A stretch of DNA of 64,000 nucleotides from Minutocellus sp. GHC0000111 (GCA_977018835.1 OZ361260.1:682001-746000); one strand, 5' to 3'. Counted from the stretch's first letter, positions 34,445 to 46,641 are shown. Numbers and translations: made by a program. The notes: generated by a model from the letters alone, not told the origin.

Positions 34445-35198
34445 TTCGCACGCATCGTTCGGTTCGCACATCGTATCGTTCGGTTCGAGCGCCTTGATCT
34501 AAACCTCTGCCCATCTCCTGCAAATTTTGAAACAAAGAGAAGAGAAGATGAATGGAGGAGGCAAAAAAATGAAAGTGAGGTGACGCGGCGTCTCATTCTT
34601 GTGAATAAAAAGAGTGGCTGAATTTTCTACATGTCGGCAAGTAGATTTTTGCCTGTGGAGAATGAGGGATCCGATGACACCGCCGTGTCTCATTCCTCGG
34701 CAAAGGTGCTTTGCGGTCAGCAAAATCCAGTCCGTGGCGAACTGTTTTTGGCTGGTCAGAATGAGGTCATTAATACCGCCAATCACCGCCCCATTGATCT
34801 TCTCTTGTAGCCATTCGGCATTCCCCTCCTCCCTACCCGTCCCTAGCCCGTCAATTTGGCCAAATTTGGAAATTTGGTGATTTTCTGTTGCTGCAGGATG
34901 GATTGGCGATGGTCGGAGGCCGCCAAAGTGCCATTGGCGATACTGCGATGCTATTGCTGGCATCTACAGCGAGCATACTAGCATACTCACCGCAGAGATG
35001 ATTTGGACCGCTGCTATGCCGCCCGTGAGCGGGGGCGACGAGTTGTTGTCACGGTCTCGGTGTCGGCCGATCGAGAATGAGCGGCTGTGGTTGCTCGAAC
35101 AATCTCCGGGTGCCTTTTTTCAAGCCGCCGAATGCAAACGGCCTCATTCTGCCATCTCGCCAATTTTGCTACTTTATCGACCGAAACAGAGAGCAGCA

Positions 35199-36611
35199 AT
35201 GAGCAGCGGATACCGCCACCAGCCGCCGCCGCCGCCGCAGTACGGGAGCGGCCATCGCTCCTTTCATTATTCTGGTCTTGAGATCGAACAGCGCAATAAG
35301 CGAGAGATGGAGCAATTGCAGCGAAAAATTCAACTGCATCTGTCAGAGTTCTGTGCCAAAAATTGCTTGCCACCGACGATGGAAAGTAGTAAGCTGTGGA
35401 CGTACAGCTGCACCATCGCCGCTTGTCCTAACGGGCACGGCACCGGCCTCCGTGGTCTCTCCTTTCTGTCCAATGAGCTGGTCCTGAGCACCAAGTGTCT
35501 TGGGCCAGAATTTGTAGTTGGTGGCCTGAATTCGATTGCAACCTTTGTGTCTGATTTGCACAACATGCTCTCGCCGTACCAGCTGTTCATGAAGAGTATC
35601 CATGGCCCCTTTGGCGTCGAAGCCTGGTCCAGCAAGAATCGTACGACGGTGACTAGCCTGCTGGATACTGCGATTGATCTCATCCTTGTCCACCCATCCA
35701 TCACCGGTGACCAGTACGAGAAACAAGCTGATGCCAATGCCGCATTTGAAGATGTGCTCTGCCGCCTTCCGGTGGGCAAGATATTTCAACCAGTGTCTGT
35801 TCGTCACCGCGATCCGAAGCTTGGACCGCGCTGTAGCGCAGTACCGAAGCAAGAGAAGGAGGTAAAGAAGGCCCAACGTCGCCGACGTGGGGGGCTACCC
35901 TCCATCGAGTCAGTTACCGGGCAAGACGCCGACACGAACGTCTACTTGCATGTTGTAGGCAGCGAGGACAATCAAATCGTCGTCCGATCGAGTAAGATGA
36001 CAGCCCTGCAGAGCGATCTCACCAACGCCCAGGAGAAGTTACGAGCCGCTCGTTCCGAAGTTGCGAGCACAAGGAAGGAACTCCAAGAGCGCGGTCAGCA
36101 TCTCACTTCAGTAGTCAAGGAGAGGGACGAAGCCAAGGCTGCCGAGTCTGCAGCGAATGAAAATGCTGTCAAGGATGCTGCCACCATTGCTGGATACGAG
36201 AGCGAACTCAAGCAAACAAGAGAACGGCTGGCCAAAGTGGAGGAGGAGCTTCGTGCAGCCCAGTCCAGTTCCAAGCGCGCCGCCTCCGCGTCAGCGTCAA
36301 CAGACGAGCCAATGATGCCAGAAAGGGAGGCCAAAAGAATCATTAGGGGGGTCAAGGGCAGATGTCTCCAAGCCATTGAGCAATTGACGAAGGAACTTGA
36401 GTACGTAAAGAGCGCATACAGGCATCAGTCCCAGGGTTCATACTCTACCATGAATGGGAATGTGCGCATGAATACGACAGTTGTTGCTGCAGCCCGAAAT
36501 GTGATCCGCACCAAGCACAACGGAGCCATTACAGAGAACGATGGGGATGGAGTTCAGGGCTCATTGTGTCCCATGTTGCAGTGCTTGGGGATTGATCGTC
36601 ACAATAAATAA
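35199..36611 (+). CDS. Hypothetical coiled-coil protein (island)
   Basis: Long ORF (likely ATG 35199) with a globular N-terminal half and a heptad-rich C-terminal half. Confidence 0.7.
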   Translation: MSSGYRHQPPPPPQYGSGHRSFHYSGLEIEQRNKREMEQLQRKIQLHLSEFCAKNCLPPTMESSKLWTYSCTIAACPNGHGTGLRGLSFLSNELVLSTKCLGPEFVVGGLNSIATFVSDLHNMLSPYQLFMKSIHGPFGVEAWSSKNRTTVTSLLDTAIDLILVHPSITGDQYEKQADANAAFEDVLCRLPVGKIFQPVSVRHRDPKLGPRCSAVPKQEKEVKKAQRRRRGGLPSIESVTGQDADTNVYLHVVGSEDNQIVVRSSKMTALQSDLTNAQEKLRAARSEVASTRKELQERGQHLTSVVKERDEAKAAESAANENAVKDAATIAGYESELKQTRERLAKVEEELRAAQSSSKRAASASASTDEPMMPEREAKRIIRGVKGRCLQAIEQLTKELEYVKSAYRHQSQGSYSTMNGNVRMNTTVVAAARNVIRTKHNGAITENDGDGVQGSLCPMLQCLGIDRHNK

Positions 36612-36675
36612 ATAGTAGTAGTGTCTTTCTGTCTATCTGTCAATCTATCTACGCATCTAGCTAGTTTACATCTAT

Positions 36676-37774
36676 CTATCCCTCCCGGCGGCTTCTCTTG
36701 TTTTGTACATCACCAGATCTATGCGAATCAATCTCCTTCAGGCCTGCCTCTACAATGGAGCATATTCGTTCACCACATTTGCTGCCAATCCCGCCTTCTG
36801 TGGGCAAATCATCTGCAACATCCTCATCAGCATTGGCACCGCTAAAAGACTTGGATACAAAATTATCAATCTCTCTCTCAATTTTGCCTACCTTGCAATT
36901 GACTGTAGCATTGATTAGATATGCTCCCCCCCCCTTCGTTGAGGATTTTGTCCAGAGGGACCCGAAAACAGGGAAGGTCCGACACTGCATCGGCAGGGCG
37001 AGGATATTCTAATTCCATCTTCTTCTTCATCTGATGGAGCCAACGCCTCATCTCGGCCTTCCCGTGGTCGGTTGTGGCACTCTTTTTCATCTGGTCAAAT
37101 CGGTACCAAAACTTTTTCGTATCTTGAAGATACGGCCCATCAAAATCCGCCGCCCCCGGCTTAATCCGAATTTTCAAGGAATCAAATGCATACGTTGGAA
37201 ATACCATGAGGAAATTTCCATGCCACACAACATCTCCACCTGCACTGGTAAACTCCCAGTCAGACAACATGTGGCGGGTATCTCCGCCGCATTTGCGGTT
37301 CAGAGATGCCCGTTGACCGAATTGATCGATCATACATCTTGTTCCCTGTTTCTCAAATTCTGCAGCATATGCTCTCTGCTTTGAGAAAAAGGGATAGAGG
37401 CAACCCCATGTCGGCACATCACCGTTCTGGATCGCCTCTAGTGATATGGGACTGGAGTTCTCGTCGCCCATGCAAATGATGGAATCAAGGTACCGAATAA
37501 ACCGAAGCTCCTCCCTCTGACCACCCTTGGTGGCTCCAATGGCGGAGGTGTTGGATTTGAACAAACCAAGGTAGAACACACAGCGTCCTTCGCGGAACAG
37601 CCGTGCCAAACCCGATGCCTCCAGAAAAGTCATAAAAGCTGCAACGTGCGCTGCGGTGTGGTTCGGATCGTATCTTCCGTCAGGAGCAGTGTGACAGTCA
37701 GCGTATGGTATCGTGTCCCCTTCCCTGCGTTGGCGGTGGCCGCGACCGCCGCTCGCACCGTTGGAATGCGGCAT
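36676..37774 (-). CDS. GIY-YIG-like endonuclease-domain protein (probable frameshift in C9 run 36926-36934)
   Basis: 'CVFYLG' ... 'QREELRF' ... 'AYAAEFEKQG..MIDQFG...SLNRKCGG' resembles the YIG / R / E / N-xx-GG pattern; the alternative frame continues to the stop at 36676. Confidence 0.45.
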
Positions 37775-38205
37775 GGTGGAGTGGTGAATTTAGTCAAGCA
37801 ATAATGACCAAGCATGCTCAGTTTTAAGGGGGGGGATGATTTTCCGGGAAAAAGGGAAGTCCCTCGATTTGACTCATCTGACTGACTCACCACATGGAGC
37901 AAACAAACAAAAGCAAGCCGACCTGGAACCTCTTTGAGCAGCACATGGGTTTACTCACAAAGGTATAACAAATGCATTTTGATGTTCAAATCACTGGTCC
38001 GATGACCGCCAATGTGGTATCTTCGGGAAATTTTTCACATGATCTAAAGTGCTTACCACTGACCCAATGATTGGGCGAAAATTCAAATGACGAAAATTTC
38101 ATGTGCCAGGCCAACTCAACTCAACTCAACTCAACTCGACCGATCAACTTGCGGGTGCATGTACATGCGTATTAAATAGGACCGAGCTTCAACCAAAGAA
38201 TAAAG

Positions 38206-40422
38206 ATGCCTGCTTGTGATTGCGGCACATGCGTTGCACGGAGGGATGGCATGAAACTCTTCAGGATGAGCAAAGAATACAAGAAAGCTGCAAGTAACAA
38301 AAAGAATGCCCTCATCCAACGAGAGAAGAACAAGTATGGCAAGTGCGAGCGGGCAGATACAAAGGTAAAAAAAGAAATGCTTTCAGAGAAGGACATATTG
38401 ACAGCAGGTGTAAAGAATGGAGGATATGACTTGGGCGCCGACACTGTCATTGGCATAAAGTCTGCTGATTCCATTGGTCCTCCTGAGGTCCGAGCGACTC
38501 GACCGAGCAAAATGAGGTATGACATATCAGATGAGGACGACAGGGCCATCTGGTCGGACAAGGGCAAGCTCGTGTCGGATATCGACCTGAGCGCAACAGT
38601 GAAGAAGCAGTGCAAGAGAAAGTCCGTGGCGGCTTGTAATTTCCACAAGATGGAGATTGACATCCCCACCGGATTGAACGGATACGAATCCGACCTTACC
38701 GAGTCCACCATGGGGATGACAGAATACAACAGCAGCAGCAGCGATGAAGAGAGTGTGCAGGGGGAAGAAGCAGCGGAGGCGGAGGCGGCCGCTTCTTTGG
38801 ATGCCACGGATGAAGATGATGATGCAGCAAAGGATGCCAGACCGATCGAACTGCCCGTTGCATTTGAGTACACAACTATCCGTTCGATCGGTCCGGCTAT
38901 GCCAAGCAAAATTGGCATTGCGACGGCTGCGACGGTGCTGAATAAAGTGGGAGCGCACAAGAGCTCCCACAACATGGATGTTGTTTCTTTCCGGGACAAT
39001 AGATTTGAAGTCACTACGAGGGGAAAGAAGACCACTGTGGCTGTGTCGGATTTGAAGGGGGGGTGCTGCAATGCTTAGAGCGGTCAGTATCTGATTCAAA
39101 TGTGTCTCTCAAATTTGAATTTGCCGGTCTATTGGCAATGTACCAGATTGAACTGAAGCAAGCAAGGGACGAGGCCCGGAAGAGGGATGAGATACGCAAT
39201 GGCAATCCACATCTGGAAGGAAGGAGCGCGGTGCTGGCCAACTACCTCTACCGGGCAATCATCGAATCGCAATTTCCTTTTGATGATGCCCTGAGGGCGG
39301 ACTGGAAGGCGGGACTGTCCTACCATTACAGGGATGATGCCACCCCTGAGGAAAAGAGCAGGTCCGGATTGCAGGCCCTTGCCGCAATTGCTCCTTCCCA
39401 AACCGTATGTAGCCTCTTTCTTGATTGGTGCATTTTGTCCTAATATTTGTTTCCTTCAATTGCTCACAATGCTTTCCTGTTTCTTTCCACTTATGTAGAT
39501 GACCGATGAGATGAACATTAAAGTGTGTAAGCTGGTATCAGAGGAAATTATCGACCCTCTCTCCATACTCATTGGTAGAGAAGCAAGGAACGATTGTGTT
39601 GGTGATGATGATGTCACAATCAAGTACGACAAGGTAATGGAATATTTCTCCAAATTGTCCTTCAAGTCAATAATTGAGCGATGGACCGACTTGTATGGAT
39701 CGCGCATACAAAAGGGCCTGCTCTACATTCGCGCATACAGCACAGTCTACATTGGAATTGTTGGATTCTTTGTTTATGGAAATAAAATGATCTCTGATTA
39801 TGAGGGACTTATCGCCATACCCCAGATTGGCCATAAAAAGGCCGCAATCGCCTTAAATGCACATCATGGATATGATTTGGGCAAAAATATTATGAAAGAT
39901 GGGAATAAGGTGAGTATTTTGATTTGCGATCTTGAATACATGTAAGTCAAACACCTAACTACCAAATCCGGTCTCTACCTACGCCTTTCAACTACTCATT
40001 ATGTGTTTACACAGGCCCAACTCATTGCTTGCGACTCCCACATGATTAGGGCTCTTGGCATCAATGGCCACATGCCCGACAAGTCTACCCCTTACTTCGA
40101 GAGCTACGCTGAGTCGTACATCGATCAGGATCTGCTCCCTCGCCTGAATGATTCGCTGGTAACCTATCTTCAAAAGTTACAGCGAATAAAAAAGGCTGAT
40201 AGTCCAGAGCGGATCCTAATAGTATCCCACATGAGGGACATATGCAATAGGCCAGACATTCCCTCAGAATATCAGGAGGATGTTTTGCAATTGATGAATA
40301 ACATTATTGCTGCTTATGATAAATATTGTTCTGGTAGGAAGAAGAAGAAGAAGTCCAAGTCTGTGGTCGAATCTTCTGGCCGAGGAAAGAGGAAGAAGCG
40401 TACAATTAATTTCAATGAATAA
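38206..40422 (+). CDS. HhH-GPD superfamily DNA glycosylase (endonuclease III-like) with long N-terminal extension; introns 39405-39498 and 39910-40014; 1-bp frameshift in G7 at 39057-39063
   Basis: Spliced product reads 'LQALAAIAPSQTMTDE', HhH 'LIAIPQIGHKKAAIALN' and 'IACDSHMIR' (cf. EndoIII LPGVGRKTA / VDTHIFR). Both phase-0 GT-AG introns join the ORFs in frame. Basic NLS-like tail. Confidence 0.8.
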
Positions 40423-41166
40423 ACATAATTTAAGCAATACAGGTTTAGCATTAGCGTCTACCCTTACCTTCACTCCAATATCGCGCAACTACATCCAATT
40501 ATATCTCCCCCAAGGTTATCCACCTCACCCTCTCTCCAATATCGTCCAATATGGTGCTTGGTACTACACCGGAAAGAACCGTGGAAGGAAGAATAAGTAC
40601 CGATTCGTGGCAATGATTGACCTTATGGTATTTATGGCTCCAATCAAATCAAGAGAGTGCTGTCGAAAAACTCTTGCGGTGTAAATGGCGTGGATATCGA
40701 CATCATCTCGACTTTGCTCCGACTTTCTAGCACATTTGTATGGGAAAATGGAGGGCGAAACCTGATCTCTGGAGACTTTTATAATTATCTGTTGGATGTC
40801 GTCTTGCGAAAGAAGTTCAGAAAATGGTTCGTAAATGCCAACGAGGAGAAGACGGTGAGGCTTCACGAGGGGAACATATCTATTCTATTTGATTTGAACG
40901 ATAAGGAAGGCTGCGAGAGGAAGCTCGATATCGCGGAGAGGAGGTAATTGAATACTATAATTGAATACTATAACAAATGACCCTAGTACATGTAGATGGA
41001 AACAAAGTGTTACCGTGGTGCGATCTTAATCAATGTTATTGTTCTATAACCCCTAAACAATGGAATGTGAGAGGCCACTTTCTTTAGACCCCTTTGCCGA
41101 TAGGGGTGAGTTCATTTTCTTTTCACAAGAGAAACATCGATCCGACAACAAATCAACATAGTTAGT

Positions 41167-44100
41167 TCAACGCAGTTCGTACGGTACCCAATCATCCTTG
41201 GTTGCATTTCCAGCAATCATCGCAGCCTCGCGAATGAAGCGCTCAGCATCATAGAACTCAAAAATGGTCTGTGTTGGGAAATGCCCCAGCGGCTCAAAGC
41301 CAGTAAAATATGGCATGTTGCTGGTTAGCTCAATGAGCCTTCCCAACGTCTCCGTCCAGGCCCGGCAACGAGGGTCGGCGGCATATTTTTTCTTGAAATT
41401 CATCCATTCGTAAAATAGGAATCTGACCTCTTCCTCGTTGTTTGCCCTGGAGCACTTCTTTTTCCAGAAAGTTTGTTTTTGGGTATTGTGATGTCCCAAC
41501 ATTGGAAAACCAACAATCATTTCACCCAAAACCTCGGGAATGGTGAAGGAGAGTGACCGATGGTCATGATTTGAAAGACCAAAAGTAGAGAGGCAAACAC
41601 ATCGAGATAAAGCAAATGATTTTTTGGTGCGGGAGAGTGCAAACAAGCGACTCTCAATCTGCTCAAGGCTCTGGCCCTCCAAAAAATCAAGGTTGGGTTT
41701 GTCCATGAGATTCCAAAGGTACGGTTCGGAAAAGTGATCTAGCTCTGCAGTGAAAGCACCCGTGTTCCATTCGAATGCGCCATTTTTCTGATTCACACAG
41801 CTGCTGCCAATGCCGAAGCAGGCAAAGGAAAGTTCATCGAAAACTCCACGCAAGAAATCTGCTTGGGAATTCTGAAATAGACCAAGAAGGTCATCCCGAG
41901 ACGTGGAAAGACGAATTTTGTGAGGCAGTATCGGGACTCCAGCGATGCTACCACTGCGCCGAACCACCATCATTTCTCCTTCCTCTACATTTCGTCTTGC
42001 TCGATCAACCATGGCACAGACAACATTTTTGCCAACACTCGATACAGTGAGCAATACATCATCATCCCCAAAGCAAATGAGATCGCCAACCATCGCAAAA
42101 TACGAAAATCCAGCATATACACACGGAATTGTGAGTTTTTTCTCGACAATTTCTCCGACCATTGCAATATGGCTATCCCCAACAATTTCTGCATCAGGAT
42201 CAGTAACAAACACCACCTCTGCCCCAACTTCCAGTTTCATTTCACCACCCTCCAACTTTCCAGTACGAACGTAGTAACCATTGACCGAGTCAGTTACAAA
42301 ATCACCATTTAATTCCTCCACGGCCACACTAAGCAGGTCGGCATCATTACCTGTGATAAGTGTACTCGCCATTGCAATAGTAGTCCATTGACCCTGTCGC
42401 ATTAGCAGAGAAGTGTCCAATTTGACTGGACCCTTGCCAGCAACCAATTGCCGAATGAAATGCTCCTTCACCAAACGTATTCCCGACTTGACCCTGCACT
42501 CCATGGAGATAGTTGCAGCCCTGTTTGAACCCTTCTTGCTGTACCGATCACCGTCGTCGTTCAATGCATGAAGGAAGGCCACCTTCTCCTTCTTTTGGAT
42601 TTGCTCCATCTTGCTAGTCATTCCCCCACCACTCGGGACACAATATTTTCCCAAGTGGATTTTGGAATGCCAAATCTCTCCAGGAAAGTTTCATTTGGTA
42701 GGGACGGATTGGCAATTTTACATGCCACAGCATCAATTGACTCGGAAACTGTGAGTCGGCCAATTGCTTTGCAACTCATCTTCTTGACGCAACTCTTTAC
42801 CCTTTCAATCGGTAAGTATTCAACGCCATTGCGCCCATCCTGAAAGAATTTAGCAAAATAAACAAAGTCCTCCGAATCGCTCCTTGAGATTCTTGACACA
42901 AAGACCTTCCCATATCGGGACACATCGTATTGCTCATCCCATGTGGAGAACTTGGACGGGGAGATTGAAGCATTGTAATCCATCGTTGTCATCTCATGGT
43001 CATCATGAGGCCAAATGCTTTTGAATGATGCCTCAAAACAGTAGATTCTTGTCGGCACCGAACCAGTGAAAAAGCCAGAGACATTGTCAGCTGAGGCGAT
43101 TTTGGACGAGTCAGACACATTGTCAGCTGAGGCGATTTTGGACGAGTCAGACACATCGTCAGCTGAGGCAATTTTGGATGAGTCAGACACATCGTCAGCT
43201 GAGGCAATTTTGGATGAGCTAGACTTCTTCTTCATCATCGTACTACTGGCACCACTCGTACCGCCTGTACCAATCTTTAATCCACCCTTGGATGAGCTAG
43301 ACTTCTTCTTCTTCTTCTTCGTACTGCTGGCATCCCTCGAACCGGCGGTACCAATCTTTGCAGCATTCTTAGCACCAACCTTGGACAAGCTGGACTTCTT
43401 TTCGTCGTCGTCGCACTGCTGGCATCGTCCAGAGCCGTGCCCTTCTTCTTCTTGTCCGCTGGAAACGAATCAGCACTTGCATTCTCAACCTCCGGAGCCA
43501 GATCGGCGCCAACGGGAACGACAAGATACGATTGCTTGTCAATATATACCGAAGCAATTTCTACTTCTTCGGAGTCATGAAGCACCGCGTGACGAAGATC
43601 CCGGAGCAAATGCTCTATCATGGGGACTTTTGTACCATCGCTATTTGTCGCGAAAACCGACATGATCACCTGGACGCCACTCATCAGGCTGTGCCGAAGA
43701 ACCACCAGAACTATTCAACAGTATGTCAAAACAATTTCCGGAAGGGCCAAAATGATCACCAAGAACAAATACTCTCTGCGCTCTTTCTTTGACGATGTTC
43801 CCAAAGGTATAAATAATGTATCCAGTAATCGGCAGATGCAATTTGGGTTTAGGTGGAAGATCCGGGACCTCCAACAGCCTGTGGTAGCGTTGTTCCCTTT
43901 CCTCGTTTTCTTTGATTATCTCATCACGCCTTGCAACAATCTTGTCCCATTTGTCAATCCTCTTCACATATTTCTTGGCTTCCTCAACGATGCTCTTCAA
44001 CATATATTCATATGACATACTAAGAGACTTAGTTCCGGCCAAGTACACCCCCTCGATGGAATTACAGTTCTCTGGCTCTTCGGAGACGCTTGCGTGGGTA

Positions 44101-45221
44101 GACATGAGACCTCGGTGATTTGATTGCAGATGCAGATCGATCAAATCACCGTGAGCCTGTGCCACAATAGGAGAAAAGAAAAAGGCACGGTCTCCAATCG
44201 ACATGAGCTCCGGTCGGTAAATGGCCGATGCGCGAAGATGAGAATGGTAAGCATTAATGTCCATAGAGGACATCGCCTGGCACAAATTGGGAACATCAAA
44301 CTCCCGGTCCCTCCTAAGAAGAGAAAAATCCTCCTCGGTACACTGAGACTTGCTGGGTCGGTCAGCATGGCTCATCTCGAGATTGATATCCACCGACTGA
44401 GGCTTCTTTCGGCCAAGAAGAGAGGGACACCCTTGTCCACCTGAATTAGAATCGTTGTGGGTGTCATCACCACCAATATCATCTGCAAAATCGATCCCAC
44501 CACCAATCCTCTGTCGATGGTAGTGTCGCTGTAGCATTTGCCCGGGAGCAGGAGGAACAGATGATGTTGGAAATGGACCGCCAGTCAAGGCAGCTGCTGT
44601 GTCGGACACTACCCGATCCACACCAATGTGGTAGTGTGTCTCACCGTATCGTTCCAGAAATCTAGAATTCTCAATCAGCAAACCATTTACAATTCGCCGA
44701 GCCTCTTCAACAGTATTTTCGTCATCCAAGGAAGGATAGGAATTTCTGAGACGCAGATAATCGATGATGCTTTCATATCTCCGGTTACCGTTGAGGTCGC
44801 TTCCTCCTCCATATACTACATCATTATCTGTTGGCAAACCCTCGATAGCCTGCCCCTCATGCGGGTTCACAGGCAAGAAGGTTGGGGCATCGCGCCAGAT
44901 TCTGATTCCATTCACCACAATGCTTTTTTCAAGTAATTCCGGACACCAAGAATTCTGCGCGTCCACATTCTCTTCCATGAGATCTGGCTCAAGGTCATCA
45001 CCTGCTACTCCCAAGACATCACTCTCTTCATCGGCATTCATGGGATCCCCTTGGTGCAGTCCGTACGATAACGACAAGTTGCAATCAAATATCGAGGACG
45101 ACGAATTATTCGAACGCACCATCTGAGTTGGTGCTTCGGAACTGCTCCTGGTATCATTCGTAGATACAGTTCCTGTCGGCCGATCCCTGTCAGCCGTCAC
45201 TGACTTCTCCCGACCAGACAT
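41167..45221 (-). CDS. ~1350-aa mosaic protein (DUF6824, unknown domain, 12-aa repeats, Tudor-like, psq-type HTH-like, pyruvate-kinase beta-barrel-like, unknown C-terminal domain); frameshifts ~43700, ~43400, ~42650
   Basis: Four overlapping same-strand ORFs join with single-base corrections. Motifs: 'PTDNDVVYGGG...GNRRY...RIVN....SRFL'; 'GKVFV...VYFAKFFQDG..EYL'; 'RFGIPKSTW'; 'VRTGKLEGG..LEVGAEVVFVTD...GD...IPCVY......VGDLICFGDDDVLLTV'. Confidence 0.6.
43078..43220 (-). repeat. Coding minisatellite, 36 bp x4 (SSKIASAD[D/N]VSD)
   Basis: Directly visible tandem units GACACAT[T/C]GTCAGCTGAGGC[G/A]ATTTTGGA[C/T]GAGTCA. Confidence 0.92.
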
Positions 45222-45741
45222 AGTGTCTCCGGCCGAATTGCAACTCAATATGGCACAGCTGATTTGTAAATGCTAACTAATAAAGACAATAGTTGGCTTG
45301 CATTGAGCCCGGAACAGAACAACTGCTCCCACTATTCTATCCGATTGTCGGAGCGGCGGGGTGGGGTCGTGGGGCTGTGGCGTGGCTGGCTGGGGCTATG
45401 GCTGGGCCTACGAGCTTCGTAGGCTACGTACTACATTCGCCACTCGCTCGCCGCCGCTCGGCGCTCACCCAGCATGCAGAGTATGGTATCATCCCGCAAC
45501 GCAACGCAATTCAATACTTCAATACACCCGACCACTCTCCCTGCCAACACGTTGCCACCGCCGCAACACCAGAAGTACCAGTTGTGCGGCAGCCAGCAGC
45601 ACTGGCCAAACCGCTGACCTTCACCTTGCCGAAACCCATCTTGGCGCACTCTTACACCACACGTGGCCGACCACCACACAGCACCAACCAAACCGCTCTC
45701 CACCCTGCAACCCCGTCCACCATACCGACAATTACGGAATC

Positions 45742-46641
45742 ATGTCCAAATCAGCAATGGATCAAGTAAAGAATCGATTGCTGGAGCAAGGAAATAGGCC
45801 GGCAATCGTGCTGCAGCGGATGGACACTGGAACAAAAAAGGTAATGGACGAGGCCAAGGCTGCCAAAGCCACCACCGAGGCTGCCAAAGCCACCACCGAC
45901 GATTCGCATCAACACACCAAGGGGCAATCAGTCCCCACATTGAATCCAGTCCAACATCAAATTCTTCAAGCTTCCGCTGCGCATCCAGACCTGGAGAGAA
46001 TTGCAACTGCCTTTCCAAACTTCTTGAAAGAGCACTTTGCTCAATTTTCGGCAAATCCGGCCAATATTGACCAGTACACTGTTTCAGGGATGATATATGG
46101 CAGAGAAGATACAAGGATTGAATTTGCAGACACATCACCGAGGTTCATTAACAACAAGACCGTTGGGTTGCACATTGACTTGAGAGCTGGCGTGAGTGAG
46201 GAACTGTTCTTCCTCAAAAGTCACGGTAAGGAGCACATTGAGATGGCAGCCGAGAAGAGTGTGAACAACTATGTGGTCGTGAGTGTACTTCTCAGTCCGA
46301 AGGGTCAGAATGTGACCCAGAAGTATGACTATCTACAAGGTCAATCAAAGGGGTCGTTCTTCGACTACAGTAAGTTGGCAGCCACCAAAAAAATGGTAGA
46401 GCACTCAACTGTGCTCTACCATGGGCGGCTCACCAACAGTAGTTCTTACCTGGTGTTTCAAGGAGAGGGATTTTCCATCATCTCAACGATTAGCAGTTTG
46501 AGCGAATCTGGATACTCATTCATTTTGCAGTTCACTTTGGTCGAGAGAGGCTCAGATGACCAGCCAGATGTCGAACTTATGCTCTCGGAACTAGAGCTGC
46601 TGAGCATACTTGATAGGGAGTTTCACATTCGAAGCAATTAG
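45742..46641 (+). CDS. Hypothetical protein (island orphan)
   Basis: 299-aa ORF from ATG 45742 with globular composition; no motif recognised. Confidence 0.65.
   Translation: MSKSAMDQVKNRLLEQGNRPAIVLQRMDTGTKKVMDEAKAAKATTEAAKATTDDSHQHTKGQSVPTLNPVQHQILQASAAHPDLERIATAFPNFLKEHFAQFSANPANIDQYTVSGMIYGREDTRIEFADTSPRFINNKTVGLHIDLRAGVSEELFFLKSHGKEHIEMAAEKSVNNYVVVSVLLSPKGQNVTQKYDYLQGQSKGSFFDYSKLAATKKMVEHSTVLYHGRLTNSSSYLVFQGEGFSIISTISSLSESGYSFILQFTLVERGSDDQPDVELMLSELELLSILDREFHIRSN

Noticed and set aside
34499..34963. 154-aa minus-strand ORF near the left island junction
   Set aside because: No motif, protein-unlike composition and stop-poor in several frames; cannot be supported as a gene.
39057..39063. 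Programmed ribosomal frameshifting at G7 (and at C9 36926-36934)
   Set aside because: Similar 1-bp losses hit ordinary housekeeping genes across the window, so sequencing error is the simpler explanation.
38172..39071. Long antisense ORFs (e.g. 299 aa here, and many others in the track)
   Set aside because: Mirror frames of the sense genes, produced by codon bias; no independent motifs.
40551..40947. Short ORF pieces downstream of the glycosylase
   Set aside because: No consistent start or frame and no recognisable motif; possibly a decayed gene, but unsupported.
43078..43220. 36-bp repeats of CRISPR-like length
   Set aside because: Units are contiguous with no spacers and encode an in-frame 12-aa repeat; no cas genes and a eukaryotic context.
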